A stretch of DNA of 64,000 bases from TPA_inf: Saccharomyces (GCA_000146045.2 BK006939.2:256001-320000), one strand, 5' to 3'; counted from the stretch's first letter, positions 23,627 through 36,065 are shown. Notes: generated from the letters alone by a model not told the origin. Translations and numbers: made by a program.

Positions 23627-23929
23627 TTCTTTACTAGAAATTAAATTTTAATCCGTTGTGGCTCCTGTCACTTTCAAGTTGCTAATAACCTGATAACGTT
23701 TAAGGATTTTACTTCCTTTTTTATCATTTATTTTTCTGAGATGAGACAGAGTCAGAAATAATAGCACACTATATGTTTTAAAAAAAAAAATCTATCTACG
23801 TATTTATTTAATCAATAAGATGTGATTTTATAAATGTGTCGTTTTTTAGCATCATTACTTGTTTTGTGGCGAATATAGAATAGGACTGTATCTGAGAATT
23901 ATTACTCAAATATGTTCGATTTTAGAGGA

Positions 23930-24682
23930 TTACCATTTCAACAGATCGTCCTTAGCATATAAGTAGTCGTCAAAAATGAATTCAACTTCGTCTGTTTCGG
24001 CATTGTAGCCGCCAACTCTGATGGATTCGTGGTTTTTGACAATGATGTCACAGCCTTTTTCCTTTAGGAAGTCCAAGTCGAAAGTAGTGGCAATACCAAT
24101 GATCTTACAACCGGCGGCTTTTCCGGCGGCAATACCTGCTGGAGCGTCTTCAAATACTACTACCTTAGATTTGGAAGGGTCTTGCTCATTGATCGGATAT
24201 CCTAAGCCATTCCTGCCCTTCAGATATGGTTCTGGATGAGGCTTACCCTGTTTGACATCATTAGCGGTAATGAAGTACTTTGGTCTCCTGATTCCCAGAT
24301 GCTCGAACCATTTTTGTGCCATATCACGGGTACCGGAAGTTGCCACAGCCCATTTCTCTTTTGGTAGAGCGTTCAAAGCGTTGCACAGCTTAACTGCACC
24401 TGGGACTTCAATGGATTTTTCACCGTACTTGACCGGAATTTCAGCTTCTAATTTGTTAACATACTCTTCATTGGCAAAGTCTGGAGCGAACTTAGCAATG
24501 GCATCAAACGTTCTCCAACCATGCGAGACTTGGATAACGTGTTCAGCATCGAAATAAGGTTTGTCCTTACCGAAATCCCTCCAGAATGCAGCAATGGCTG
24601 GTTGAGAGATGATAATGGTACCGTCGACGTCGAACAAAGCGGCGTTAACTTTCAAAGATAGAGGTTTAGTAGTCAATCCCAT
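23930..24682 (-). CDS. GPP2: DL-glycerol-3-phosphate phosphatase (HAD superfamily), 250 aa
   Basis: Protein starts MGLTTKPLSLKVNAALFDVDGTII (HAD motif I DxDGT). Assigned as the YER062C (HOR2/GPP2) copy from the flanking CEM1 and THO1. The track ORF adds 17 upstream codons. Confidence 0.85.
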   Translation of the reverse strand: MGLTTKPLSLKVNAALFDVDGTIIISQPAIAAFWRDFGKDKPYFDAEHVIQVSHGWRTFDAIAKFAPDFANEEYVNKLEAEIPVKYGEKSIEVPGAVKLCNALNALPKEKWAVATSGTRDMAQKWFEHLGIRRPKYFITANDVKQGKPHPEPYLKGRNGLGYPINEQDPSKSKVVVFEDAPAGIAAGKAAGCKIIGIATTFDLDFLKEKGCDIIVKNHESIRVGGYNAETDEVEFIFDDYLYAKDDLLKW

Positions 24683-25655
24683 TCCGAATATTGTTTTTAT
24701 TGTTTTATGTTTTTCCACTGATCTGGTAAACACTAGCTGGTTGGCGCTATTAATATGAAAAGAGTTAGACCAAATTGAGTAGAAAAGAAACCTTTGGCAA
24801 TCCTAACTATGTTGTTTTAGCTTGTGTATTTAAGCGCATATATATATATTTCTGAAAATGACAACATCAAAAGAAACGAACTTATTTAGAATAAAAAGAA
24901 ACGACTTGGCTTCTTATTATTCCTACTTTACGTCACGTGGGAGGCCCGTTTAGGGGGGCAGCTATGTAGTTTTTCCGAGCGTACTTTCTTTCAGCATCCG
25001 AAAAGTCCTCACTTGACGGCTTACACGGAAACGCCGCGGATTGTGGGGCACAGATGATGACGCAGACGGAACACTGCAGAAATCTTTTTACCTTGTCGTT
25101 AAAGACGATATTAGAGAGAAGAGTTTGGCTGGGGACAAAGTGCCAGCTTTTCGTTCAGGGCGAGGTGCCAAAATACTTGAGAAGGCCAAACCCCAAAGGA
25201 CAGGGCCAAATACGTACGCTACGGTAATATCTAATGGGAGAGGGTATAACATTGACCATTTTCGAAGGAGGCATAGGAATTTAGACGCTGATGGATGTTA
25301 TCAATATTGAAGTTTTTCACCGTTTCCCTCTTTCTCTGCTCCTTTAAAGAACGCAAAGTCTCCTCTTGAGAGAAAGCAGACGATTGGAATTGGTATCTTT
25401 CACGTAGCATTGCTTAACCTACGGCCATATTAATGATATGAAGTCATATGAAAATGGCCGAGGCCAGCGGTTCATTCGAGGATATATATTTTATTACCCG
25501 GCGTCTCTAGCCGAAGTAAGAAAACACAATGCAACCAGCGTTGGTGGAAGGGCGTGATAATGCTGAATGGGAGAAGAAAGTTGAATAGTGACTCTTCAAA
25601 TGTGTCCTTTCAGGATGCGCTACTTTCAGAAGTTACAAAGATATCTGTATATTGA

Positions 25656-26366
<711 letters not shown>

Positions 26367-26704
26367 AGGCTCAAGCCGTTTTGGTGGAGTTTTTCATTCT
26401 AGTTTCGGTTCTTTCCCACTTTTTAAACGACCGCAGTTGTTTGTATATGAAGGTGCAAAATTTGTTGCATACGTAAACATGTGTAGATTATTCTAAATAA
26501 ATCTGTGTTATTAAATCCGAAGAGTCGGCGGTTCACTGTATTACACATACAGTGGCTGTCAACGTTGTAAAGTGCTAGTAGAGAATGAGCGGCGAGATTT
26601 ACAGACTGAACATTCTTGTACAAGTTACAATGATGATAGAGGAAAAATAAGCTATGATAAATAGTTCATAGTAATGCAGGTGGGGATGATGCAAGCGGGC
26701 CTAT

Positions 26705-28222
26705 TTATTTTGAAATAGTACTGAATGGTTTGGAAAAGGTGGAATTTTCAATCTGCAACGATATCGCGCTCAACATCTTTAACCTGTCATCATCGTACGT
26801 ATTTGGGACTTCAATTGAAGGCAATGTAATGATAGTGCTATCTGCCGATGTGCTTGACCTCGTCACTCGAGGCTCTTCTTTACCGGGAGTGCTTGCATCT
26901 TTCGTTGAAGAATGTGCACTCAAGACCTCAGATGTGGAGTGTGGCCTCATTGGATTGGACTGTTTATTACTACAAACCAAGGGATATTGATGGAGTGTCA
27001 TGTGATAGATAATTTCGTTGATTGGTGCCAAAGATGCATCAAACCCATAATCTTTGACAAGAGATCCCAGTATGAGATTCAGCACTCTCACCTGAATTTT
27101 TTCTTGTGATAGGTCAGCGAATAGTTGACGTGTAGCGGGCATAAATAGCCTTTGCGATAGAATAGTCAAAAATTCGATTGATGACAGCCGTTCAGTAAGA
27201 TATTGCTTAGTAGAAGACGGTAAATGTGAAAAGCTGTTTTCTACCACAAGGGAAATGGAAGCCATTAGTGAATTTTTGCCCAGCGTTTCTAGATTAGCAA
27301 AAGAATCCAAATTTCTTTCATCCTTAGACATCTCCAAGCACGTCCTTGAGTTATGTATCTTTGACAGGATGAGTTTTCTCAAGTTGTTGGATATTACAAC
27401 TTTGCTTTGGCACCCTTTTTTTTTCGTTAAATTTGGTCTAATGAACTTATCTCTTTGAATTTGTTCAGGTAGTGGAATAGCATTATTTACAATTTCAACA
27501 ATTATTGATTTGGCAATAAAGTCGTATTCTTGTTCACTTTCTAGAGGCTGATCTTCTATATCAAACTTTTGTAATTTTTCATCGCCGCCGTGCGCATACG
27601 GTGCCGATGGATCACGAAGAAGAGATGCGTTCTTCTTAAGTAAAGAGCGAACTTGAGTTGGTACAGGTGGAAGAGTGCGGCCATTCGGATAAGGTAACAA
27701 TTTTTGTGATGTTATAGTATTAAGAGAAGGAAGAGCGTGCTCAGCAGGTTCTTCCTTCACGCTGGCTTCTTCGTCAGAGCTTGATGCATTGGAAGCTGAA
27801 CAAGACCCCATATTACTTGAGCTGGGGGGAGACAAAGGAATTTTTTGAACTTTACCACGGGCTATTTTCTTCTTAGAGTCTAATAATTTTTTCTTGGAAC
27901 GTTTCCTGTTTCTTCTCACCGATTGAACAGCAGCGGTAACCAACTTTTCAAATTCTGCCGAAAACGTATCAGGGTACTCAAATTCACTCCTTAATATGGT
28001 GGCTATTTGTCTTATATTATCATCTTGTTCACTTGCTTTGTGCTGGCTCAAGCCAAATGAGTCAATGAGTTCTAGTCTTCTGCTAGAAAACTTCTTCCAT
28101 TTCTTTTCATCATTAAAGTTTAACTGAGCTCTGATTTTATGTGTAGTACCATAGCCCGTATACTTTCCTGTTTTATGGCTACCTTCCAAATGAATTTTGG
28201 AGTTCTCAGTATCGTCAATCAT
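26705..28222 (-). CDS. VHR2: Transcription-factor-like protein, paralog of Vhr1, 505 aa
   Basis: 505-aa ORF with a Ser-rich low-complexity region; matches YER064C. Confidence 0.8.
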   Translation of the reverse strand: MIDDTENSKIHLEGSHKTGKYTGYGTTHKIRAQLNFNDEKKWKKFSSRRLELIDSFGLSQHKASEQDDNIRQIATILRSEFEYPDTFSAEFEKLVTAAVQSVRRNRKRSKKKLLDSKKKIARGKVQKIPLSPPSSSNMGSCSASNASSSDEEASVKEEPAEHALPSLNTITSQKLLPYPNGRTLPPVPTQVRSLLKKNASLLRDPSAPYAHGGDEKLQKFDIEDQPLESEQEYDFIAKSIIVEIVNNAIPLPEQIQRDKFIRPNLTKKKGCQSKVVISNNLRKLILSKIHNSRTCLEMSKDERNLDSFANLETLGKNSLMASISLVVENSFSHLPSSTKQYLTERLSSIEFLTILSQRLFMPATRQLFADLSQEKIQVRVLNLILGSLVKDYGFDASLAPINEIIYHMTLHQYPLVCSNKQSNPMRPHSTSEVLSAHSSTKDASTPGKEEPRVTRSSTSADSTIITLPSIEVPNTYDDDRLKMLSAISLQIENSTFSKPFSTISK

Positions 28223-28380
28223 CTTGCAATTTTTACTCTGACTGTTGCTGTTTTTTTTGCTGAGATATTTTCCGGTTAAGATGTTTGAATATGCTAAAGG
28301 TAATATACAGCTAGAGAAATATGAAAAGCAAGAATATAAAAATAGAACAGGAGCACTTAGTTCGGTTTTTTGCCATCATG

Positions 28381-28384
<4 letters not shown>

Positions 28385-28423
<39 letters not shown>

Positions 28424-28450
28424 CGTGCGTGTGTGTGTGTGTGTGTGTGT
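28385..28450. repeat. Compound microsatellite (AT)~18 followed by (GT/GC)~15
   Basis: Direct read 'atatatat...atatgtgcgtgcgtgtgtgtgtgtgtgtgtgtgtac'. Alternating purine-pyrimidine, so Z-DNA-prone. It lies in the VHR2 5' region. Confidence 0.9.
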
Positions 28451-28609
28451 ACATGTATGCGGCAGCTAAAAGATGACGAGTACCTTCTAACGGCCATGTT
28501 ATTTTCTACAGAAAGCATCTCACTTTGAGCGCCCAGAAAAAAGAAAAGGGAGAACAAAGTGATTAATTTTGCCTCTCGATTACATTATGAGGTGGCACTA
28601 TTTGTCACA

Positions 28610-28620
28610 TTTTATGTTTT
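28610..28620. promoter_or_regulatory. 11/11 match to the ARS consensus sequence WTTTAYRTTTW (TTTTATGTTTT); a candidate replication origin core
   Basis: Exact motif match in an AT-rich stretch between VHR2 and ICL1. Motif evidence only. Confidence 0.3.
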
Positions 28621-29240
28621 TCATCCCGCACTTGGCTTTCATGAGAAAAGCATGTAGGACGCTTGAGTTTGGCATGCGAGAGAAGAGGCGTGTCAGAAAA
28701 AAAAACGCCTTTTGCTCTTGAGAAGAGCGGCAAAAATTGCCGAACAGGTGGAATTTCTCGACCAAAGGTGGGGTAAATATCGGTTACCCGTTTGCGAGTT
28801 CCTTTACAGTCTCAATGATTTCCAAGATGACTAAGGGAATATTTTCCATGGTGCCTTTTGCCTCGCGTACACTCACGGCACTAATGGGCGATACGATACT
28901 ATGATTGTGTTCGGGATTAGTTCGATTCAATCATTCGCGCACGAGGCATGGACAGAAATGGCACTGATTTTAGTCACCGAGTCAACAAAAATGAGGCGAC
29001 TCGATCAAAGATGTTTATTGACTCGTTTTTGCAACTAGAGAAAGGCATTCTTGCACGGAGAGAATGTTGACTTTAGTTGGAGTACCATTAGAGAGATGCC
29101 ATTAGAGAACATTGTACTGCAGTAACGATGAGTTTAAGTTTTTAAGTACGCATGTTTATATATGAAAAAAATATACATTGAGATTACGAATATATATACT
29201 TGTCAGGAAATGCCGGCAGTTCTAATGGTTAATCCTTGTC

Positions 29241-30914
29241 CTATTTCTTTACGCCATTTTCTTTGAATTGATCTTCTGTGACACCGGTTCCCATAGCAGC
29301 TGTTGCGCTAACACCACCTTGAGCTAACTTCAATAACCCATCGATGTACTCCGCACCAGACCATTTTTGATGTTTCAACACATCAACACCATCGTCCATT
29401 TCCCTCTGCTGAACATTCTGGGCATAAGCTTTCATCCCATCCTTGGCAAAGTCACGAGAGAAGTTATGGACAGCTAAAGCGTTAGTGTGTAAACCGGCCA
29501 ATGTGATAAATTGCCAGATGTAACCTAGATCACCCAGCCTTTGGATGAAGGTGTGTTGTTCATCAACGGACATGGCTTTTGGCCAGTTAAAGGATGGAGA
29601 CAAGTTGTAAGCTAGCCATTGGTCAGGGAATTTCTCTTTAACACCTTCTGCAAACTCCTTGGCCTGTTGGAAGTCTGGGTAGTTAGATTCCATCCATACC
29701 AAATCAGCATATGGAGCAAATGCACGGGCCCTCATGATAGAACATTGCGTCCCACCTCTGTAACGGTACAACCCTTCCCTTACGCGTGGTAGCTCCCAGT
29801 CGAAGAAAATTTCGTGGCCAAGAATTTCTTTAGCGAGCTTCTTGGCTTCTCTGTGGGATGTTTCAGTCAATGGACCCACTTTAGAGGTGAATTTCTTAAT
29901 CAATTCTTGCTTATTTGACAGGGCTGATCTTTCAATTTCATCAATGACGGCTTCATGGAATAACTTGAGTCCAGCGTCTCTACACCATTTTTGTTCAATG
30001 TCAGCTAGTTCTTGTCCTGATGCACCACTCATGATGGCATCATTTAAAACTTCGGCAAATGGCTCGATATTTGGATTGGTGGCACCGACAATGAAATAAT
30101 GATCTCTGGTATCGATGGTTGAGCTAATCAAAGTGGCTGCTTCTGAATCAGTCCTAGCAACGACAATTAAGTCAGAATGCATGATATCAGCACACATTCT
30201 AATAGTCACCAATCTGTTAACATGTTCCTGAACGGGTATAACACATCTTCCTGCCATATGCCCACATTTCTTATTTGTAGATGTCTGGTCTTCCATGTGG
30301 ATCCCAGCAGCACCACGCTCAATGAACATCTTGGTCAATTTGAAGACTGCGGTTAAACCGCCGTGGCCTGCGTCTGCATCAGCGACAATTGGTGTTAGGT
30401 AGTCAATTGGGGCACCCATCTCATCGAGTTCTTCCTGAGATTTAGCCTTTGACCGTGCCTCTAGTTGTTTTCTGTCGTGAAACAATTGGGCCTTGAACAA
30501 ATGTTCCACTTTGTTTGGAACGGTGTCCATTGGATAATCAGCTAAGTCTGGACCAGGTTCATTTGAGGTGGAAGCAGTTGATGAACACTGCCAACCAGAA
30601 ATATAGATTGTGTCTAAGTATTTTGCCATTTGAGAAATCTGGACAGGATCTAGGGCACCGAAAGTTTTAGAGACTGTACCCTCATTGTGATGCTTCTCTA
30701 ATACCTTGAATAATTTTCTGGCCATGACCGAAGATGGGTATTCGATTGGTGGGAATGTCCCGCGTCTAACAGCAATATCTCTGGCTGAATAATTTCTCTT
30801 AGTCTTACTCCAACGTGAGTCAGACCACCATTTCTCAATTTCGGCAGCATCTGCATCTAGTTTTGCTTGTAAAGCTGCAAAATCGTTCTTCGTATTTCCA
30901 ACGGGGATAGGCAT
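29241..30914 (-). CDS. ICL1: Isocitrate lyase (glyoxylate cycle), 557 aa
   Basis: ICL signature KKCGH present; matches Icl1 (YER065C). Confidence 0.93.
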   Translation of the reverse strand: MPIPVGNTKNDFAALQAKLDADAAEIEKWWSDSRWSKTKRNYSARDIAVRRGTFPPIEYPSSVMARKLFKVLEKHHNEGTVSKTFGALDPVQISQMAKYLDTIYISGWQCSSTASTSNEPGPDLADYPMDTVPNKVEHLFKAQLFHDRKQLEARSKAKSQEELDEMGAPIDYLTPIVADADAGHGGLTAVFKLTKMFIERGAAGIHMEDQTSTNKKCGHMAGRCVIPVQEHVNRLVTIRMCADIMHSDLIVVARTDSEAATLISSTIDTRDHYFIVGATNPNIEPFAEVLNDAIMSGASGQELADIEQKWCRDAGLKLFHEAVIDEIERSALSNKQELIKKFTSKVGPLTETSHREAKKLAKEILGHEIFFDWELPRVREGLYRYRGGTQCSIMRARAFAPYADLVWMESNYPDFQQAKEFAEGVKEKFPDQWLAYNLSPSFNWPKAMSVDEQHTFIQRLGDLGYIWQFITLAGLHTNALAVHNFSRDFAKDGMKAYAQNVQQREMDDGVDVLKHQKWSGAEYIDGLLKLAQGGVSATAAMGTGVTEDQFKENGVKK

Positions 30915-31301
30915 TTTTCGTTGACTTTTTGTTATGTTATGCTAAGAGTTTTCTCTCAATTGTTAGGTATTTGGGTGTGAAAAGAAAAAAAGGATAAGAT
31001 GAAATTAGCAAGCCAAGACAAATAATAAGAATTTTGCCAGTGAAGCAGCTCCTTTATATAATAAAGAAACGTTTTGTGAATTCCGATGTGCCTGGTTAAG
31101 GGCGGACTTTGGACTGACTTATGCTTTTCTCTTTTGCACCAATATTGAGTCACATACTGGGATGCTAGTCCGGACTATGGATATTTTCTTCTGTAAAGGG
31201 TAGTGAAAGATGACGTTGAGTGTTAATTTTGTGGTGATTGGCTTCAGTTTTGATTGTTTCGGATGAAATGAAAAAGTGACGAAGTCAGATAAGTGATCGC
31301 T

Positions 31302-31312
31302 CGGATGAATGG
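31302..31312. promoter_or_regulatory. Carbon source-responsive element CGGATGAATGG (Cat8/Sip4 site) about 390 bp upstream of ICL1
   Basis: Exact CSRE consensus read at 'gctcggatgaatggaaacc'. ICL1 is the archetypal CSRE-regulated gene. Confidence 0.65.
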
Positions 31313-31699
31313 AAACCTGGGGCAAAAGGGAACAGTTTTTCTCATCGGATGACGAGTAGCAAAACCCGACCGCCCAAAGCATCCGGGTTACGAGATATTT
31401 ACTTTTCAATAAATAGATTCAATTATTATTATTTTCTCGAGACATATTACTGACACAAGAAATTTCCTATGGGAGCTTGATTTAGTTTTTCCTTCTAACA
31501 TTGTCATTTTAACTGTGTTGCCTTCCCTTGCTCGCAACTATGCTACGCTATATTGTACTCTTGAATTTTATTTATGTTTTGTTCCCAGCGGGCATCTTTC
31601 AATAAAATGAACTCAAGAAGAAGTAAATAATAACAAGCTATAATGGGTGGCCATTTGTGATCAAATTTGGAGTGAAACACGTATGATTATGTTTGAACT

Positions 31700-32065
31700 C
31701 TCTTTCTTTGATACGAAACCTCAAGCGACGTAGGTGATGGATATATTCACAAGATAACAAAGGCCGTGTTACAACATTAGATATGTAAACAACGTGCTAG
31801 AAGTTCTCCTCGAAGATCTCGAAATCTACAAAAGGGAATCGATATTTTATACATAATCCTATTATTATTTTTTCTTCCATTTTATATGCTCACTCATTAT
31901 CCTTTACATTTCCAAAATCATGCATTTCAGCTTCCATTAAATTTTGATGGCTGTCTCTTAATTTTGTTATCTTTCTTTATGTCATCCTCTTACAGAGTAT
32001 ATGGTAATATACTAGTAATATGATTAATAGTCGATAAGTGAGTGTGAATTTTTATTCCGAAAAAT
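31700..32065 (-). mobile_element. Diverged solo Ty1/Ty2 delta LTR (minus orientation) 3' of tRNA-Ser
   Basis: Reverse-complement matches to delta core blocks: 'gctagaagttctcctcgaag' versus TACTAGAAGTTCTCCTCGAGG, 'tttcagcttccattaaatt', and 'atactagtaatat...tttattccgaaaa' versus ...TTTCTATTCCAACA. Boundaries are approximate. Confidence 0.6.
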
Positions 32066-32441
32066 ATATGACGATGATCACACTATATTTTCTAGAAATA
32101 ACTTAAACCATAGTGAATAAGAATCTGTAGTGCTCCTTGAGAACTAATGAAATTGCGCTAAAAACAAACCTAGTTAACATAATGTTTAGGCCAGGAAGAA
32201 TCTAAATACAAACCTTATCAGTCCCAGCGTACGCGTCATTTACATTTGCGTATTGAAAATGAAAAAAAAATAATTCATTTGAAGCACTACTATTACAAAA
32301 TTTATTCCAGCCCAACATTCAGTTTGGAAGCATCAAACGGCCTTCGACCATATGAAGATATTCCAGTAAATATGGTCTCCAAGCAGTTCAACTACTTTTC
32401 ATGAATGTAGCATTTTCAAGGCACCTCTAACAATAAAAAAA

Positions 32442-32523
32442 ACGACACCAGCAGGATTTGAACCAGCGCGGGCAGAGCCCAACAGATTTCAAGTCTGTCG
32501 CCTTAACCACTCGGCCATAGTGC
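32442..32523 (-). tRNA. tS(UGA)E: tRNA-Ser (anticodon UGA), 82 nt with a long variable arm
   Basis: Reverse complement reads GGCACTATGGCCGAGTGGTTAAGGCGACAGACTTGAAATCTGTTGGGCTCTGCCCGCGCTGGTTCAAATCCTGCTGGTGTCG. A-box and B-box (GGTTCAAATCC) are present. The anticodon loop is cuTGAaa. Confidence 0.93.
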
Positions 32524-33629
32524 CTATCATTATGAATTTCCCAAAAAAGAACCACTATCAGAGACATATAAAAATAAGAACACATCCACCGATATCTGTT
32601 ACAATGAAACCCTAAAATATCATCCATTTGGGGTAGTATTCATGCTACCAGTATATCCTGTATGCGTAATATTATAGCCTTTTCCAACAGTGCACCCAAA
32701 TATAATCACAAATCACCCAATTCTCAAATTCACTTGTTAAAATGAAAATACCAAAGCCTCATCATACCGTTCTATTGTCCATCTCCAACACAAAAGTACC
32801 ATAATAATTTTCCGATTCGACACGAATACAGATAGATGGGCACATGGCAAACTTAGCTCAGTATGGGCTTGTAGGTTGTAAACGAGTCAGAAATTTCAAC
32901 AATAAAAAATACATCAGATAGTGTTTCGATGTTCTTAATTACACGTGAATTATCAAAAACCATCAACATACCAGCCAACATCAGTGTAGGTGGAATAAAA
33001 CTTTCTTACCATGTACAGTAAATGGACCATGACGCCGTGCACAAGCTTATGCATAATGAGCTAAGCGGGAAGACATTTTCAAACTACGTGATAGTTCCGA
33101 CTGCCCTTTCAATTGCTAATGTAGCAATATGTTAGGAATGCAATATTCCAAAATGCTGTCTGTGTCAGTGAGAATAACAAAAACATTGAATAAACTTTTC
33201 TATGGTAATAACCACGCCAGATAAGGGCGTTGCCATCGTTTTCATTTTTTTTTTTTTTTCAAATGGTGGGGTCACCGTTGTGAAAAGAAACCTTTGATTC
33301 TCAACCATATCGGTACTCGGACTAATCACTTAAATCTTTCCAAGGGATTATCGAGAATGTCATAGTGCAAAATAATCTTAGCTTTCAATAATTTTTTCAT
33401 TTGGAGTCACACTCCCGTTAAAACCTAGTCAACGGCTTCCACTTAAAGCTATCAACAAGGGGCAATTGATTTTGCATTTTCGTCTAAATGAAAGTTGCAG
33501 CCAGCAATTTACCCGAAGTTTAAATAAATCAATGCAAACCATGTTCAACTTAAACAGCAATCGCTTTCTATTACCTTGGAATTATATCAGAACGTCTATC
33601 TGCGAAGCTTTAATAAAGTACTGGAAGTT

Positions 33630-34799
33630 GTGTCTGAAATGTCTGTTTTGGTAAATTTGTTTGATCCTGATTATACACCTCAAAGGACCACGTTAAGTGG
33701 CCATATGACGAGTGTTATTGCGTGCTTGCAAGTTGAAGATAATTATGTCATTACAGGAGGATGTGATAAAACGATCAGAGTTTATAACTTAGTAAATAAA
33801 AGATTTCTTTTACAACTATCAGGTCATGATGGTGAGGTTTGGGCATTGAAGTATGCCCATGGCGGTATTTTAGTCAGCGGTTCTACAGGCAGAACGGTGC
33901 GAGTTTGAGATATTAAGAAAGGTTGTTGTACCCATGTGTTTAAAGGTCATAACTCTACGGTGAGGTGCCTAGATATAGTAGAATATAAAAATATCAAGTA
34001 CATTGTTACTGGTTCGAGAGATAACACTTTGCACGTTTGGAAATTGCCCAAGGAGTCCTCCGTTCCTGATCATGGGGAAGAACATGATTATCCATTAGTC
34101 TTTCATACCCCTGAGGAGAACCCATATTTTGTTGGTGTTTTAAGAGGACATACGGCGACTGTAAGAACTGTCTCAGGCCACGGTAATATTGCCATTAGTG
34201 GCTCCTATGATAATACATTGATTGTGTGGGATGTTGCGCAAATGAAATGTCTATATATCTTGAGTGGACATACGGATCGTATTTATTCGACAATCTACGA
34301 TCATGAAAGAAAAAGGTGCATCTCTGCCAGTATGGATACCACTATTAGAATTTGGGATTTGGAAAATATAAGGAATAATGGAGAATGTTCCTACGCAACA
34401 AATTCAGCATCGCCATGCGCCAAAATACTTGGTGCTATGTACACTTTGCGGGGTCACAGAGCCCTAGTCGGTTTATTGGGATTATCCGATAAATTTTTAG
34501 TCAGTGCTTCTGTAGACGGTTCAATAAGGTGTTGGGACGCTAACACTTACTTTCTGAAGCACTTTTTCGATCACACGCAGTTGAATACAATCACCGCATT
34601 GCACGTTTCTGATGAGGTATTAGTGAGTGGATCTGAAGGTTTGCTCAATATTTATGATTTAAATAGTGGGCTGTTAGTCCGTTCAGATACATTGAGTGGT
34701 GCTGATAATGTTTGGAACGTTAGTTTTAAGGACAACACACTTGTGGCAGCGGTAGAACGAGACAAGCGAAATCTTTTAGAAATTTTGGACTTTAGTTGA
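33630..34799 (+). pseudogene. RRT13: Truncated CDC4 paralog: WD40-repeat region only, with an in-frame TGA at 33906-33908 where CDC4 has Trp. The downstream ORF portion 34242..34799 (185 aa) corresponds to annotated YER066W
   Basis: The translation (…PQRTTLSGHMTSVIACLQVEDNYVITGG…LSGHDGEVWALKYAHGGILVSGSTGRTVRV*DIKKGCCTHVFKGHNSTVRCLDIVEYKNIKY…EILDFS*) is about 85-90% identical to the Cdc4 WD40 domain. The F-box and N-terminus are absent. The stop falls in the frame of the RVWDIKK motif. Confidence 0.8.
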
Positions 34800-36065
34800 A
34801 GATTGATGTGAGAATGATGCAGAACTTACCTTGTCACGTTTGGAACTCAGTTGTACTTTTTCGGTGTAAACAAATATAAAACTTTAGAATTTACATTAAT
34901 AAGTTATGTGCTATTTATTAGTTTAATATATCAACATTAATTACATGCGAGCTATGTATTATTAGCTCAATCAGCAGGACTAAAATCGAGGAAAAAGTAA
35001 TTTTGTTTATGCCCAGTTCAGTTATCGTCCATTTGTAGCAAATGTGGTACAAGTTGACCCATATTTTCATGCATTGGGCCATGCAGTAATTATCACACTC
35101 ACTTTGTCATAATGTATACAATGGCCGCTTATTTGCGACTCGTCTCATATTTTTCCTGAAACTGTAGCTGTGTGTAATATTATTCATTAACTTCGATAAT
35201 TCGGCTACAGAAGACAAGAGCTACATCCTTACTGGTGCGAATAAATGACATAATCTGTCAAGAGTACCGAAGTAAAAGCAACGATTGCCGAACACATCTT
35301 CCTGAAGTATCATATGCCAATACAAGGTTTCAATAGGAATTATGAAAGCGGCATTATCACCCTTAATCTGAAATATGTAATGATGACGGTGCAGTATGTT
35401 GACTACATTGTAAAGTTGCACTTTCACTCAACTCATGAAATTGATGACATTAATCCTACGTGACTTACACATATGCCATGAACGAAGAAGGTGGCACCAA
35501 AAATCCAGCGTTTCCGATATACACGCAGTCAAATGTTCAGACTAAACTTTGGTATTCTGACAACGTGTTGTCATACCTGTTACGAGCCAGAAACGTATTT
35601 CTTTTTGGGTGATACAATCTCCAGATGACTGCTTTTTTTTTTTTTACCCCAGATTCAGGGGCCGAAGGAACGGAAATGCGGTGTGGCGAGATTGCGGATG
35701 TGCTAAAAAATAATATCCTCGAGGCAACCAGCATAATGTGGACGGCTCTCGGCAATTGACTTCCATAACAAATGCATCCTGTAATCAGGGGTATTATAAG
35801 TTACTGTATGGTTAATTAAATATAGAATGAAAGGGGCAGCGTTCTTAAGGGGTATTGCTGGGTGGAAAAATACAAGTGTCTTTACTTGATTGTGTGCACA
35901 TATATAAGGCAAAAGATTTCTAGCGTATATTTGAATCTTTTGTTCTTCCACGTTCAAATTTCTTTGGTCAAAACATTTCATAAAGGGACAAGTTCTGCAT
36001 TGTATTCTAATAATTGCCCATAGAACATATAAATTAGGTATCGACTGTTTTCGTCTCCACTTTAA

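Noticed and set aside
33466-33654. 62-aa ORF immediately upstream of, and overlapping, the CDC4-like region, considered as a frameshifted N-terminal continuation of the CDC4 homology
   Set aside because: The translation shows no convincing similarity to the Cdc4 region preceding the WD40 repeats. The homology appears to begin near 33630.
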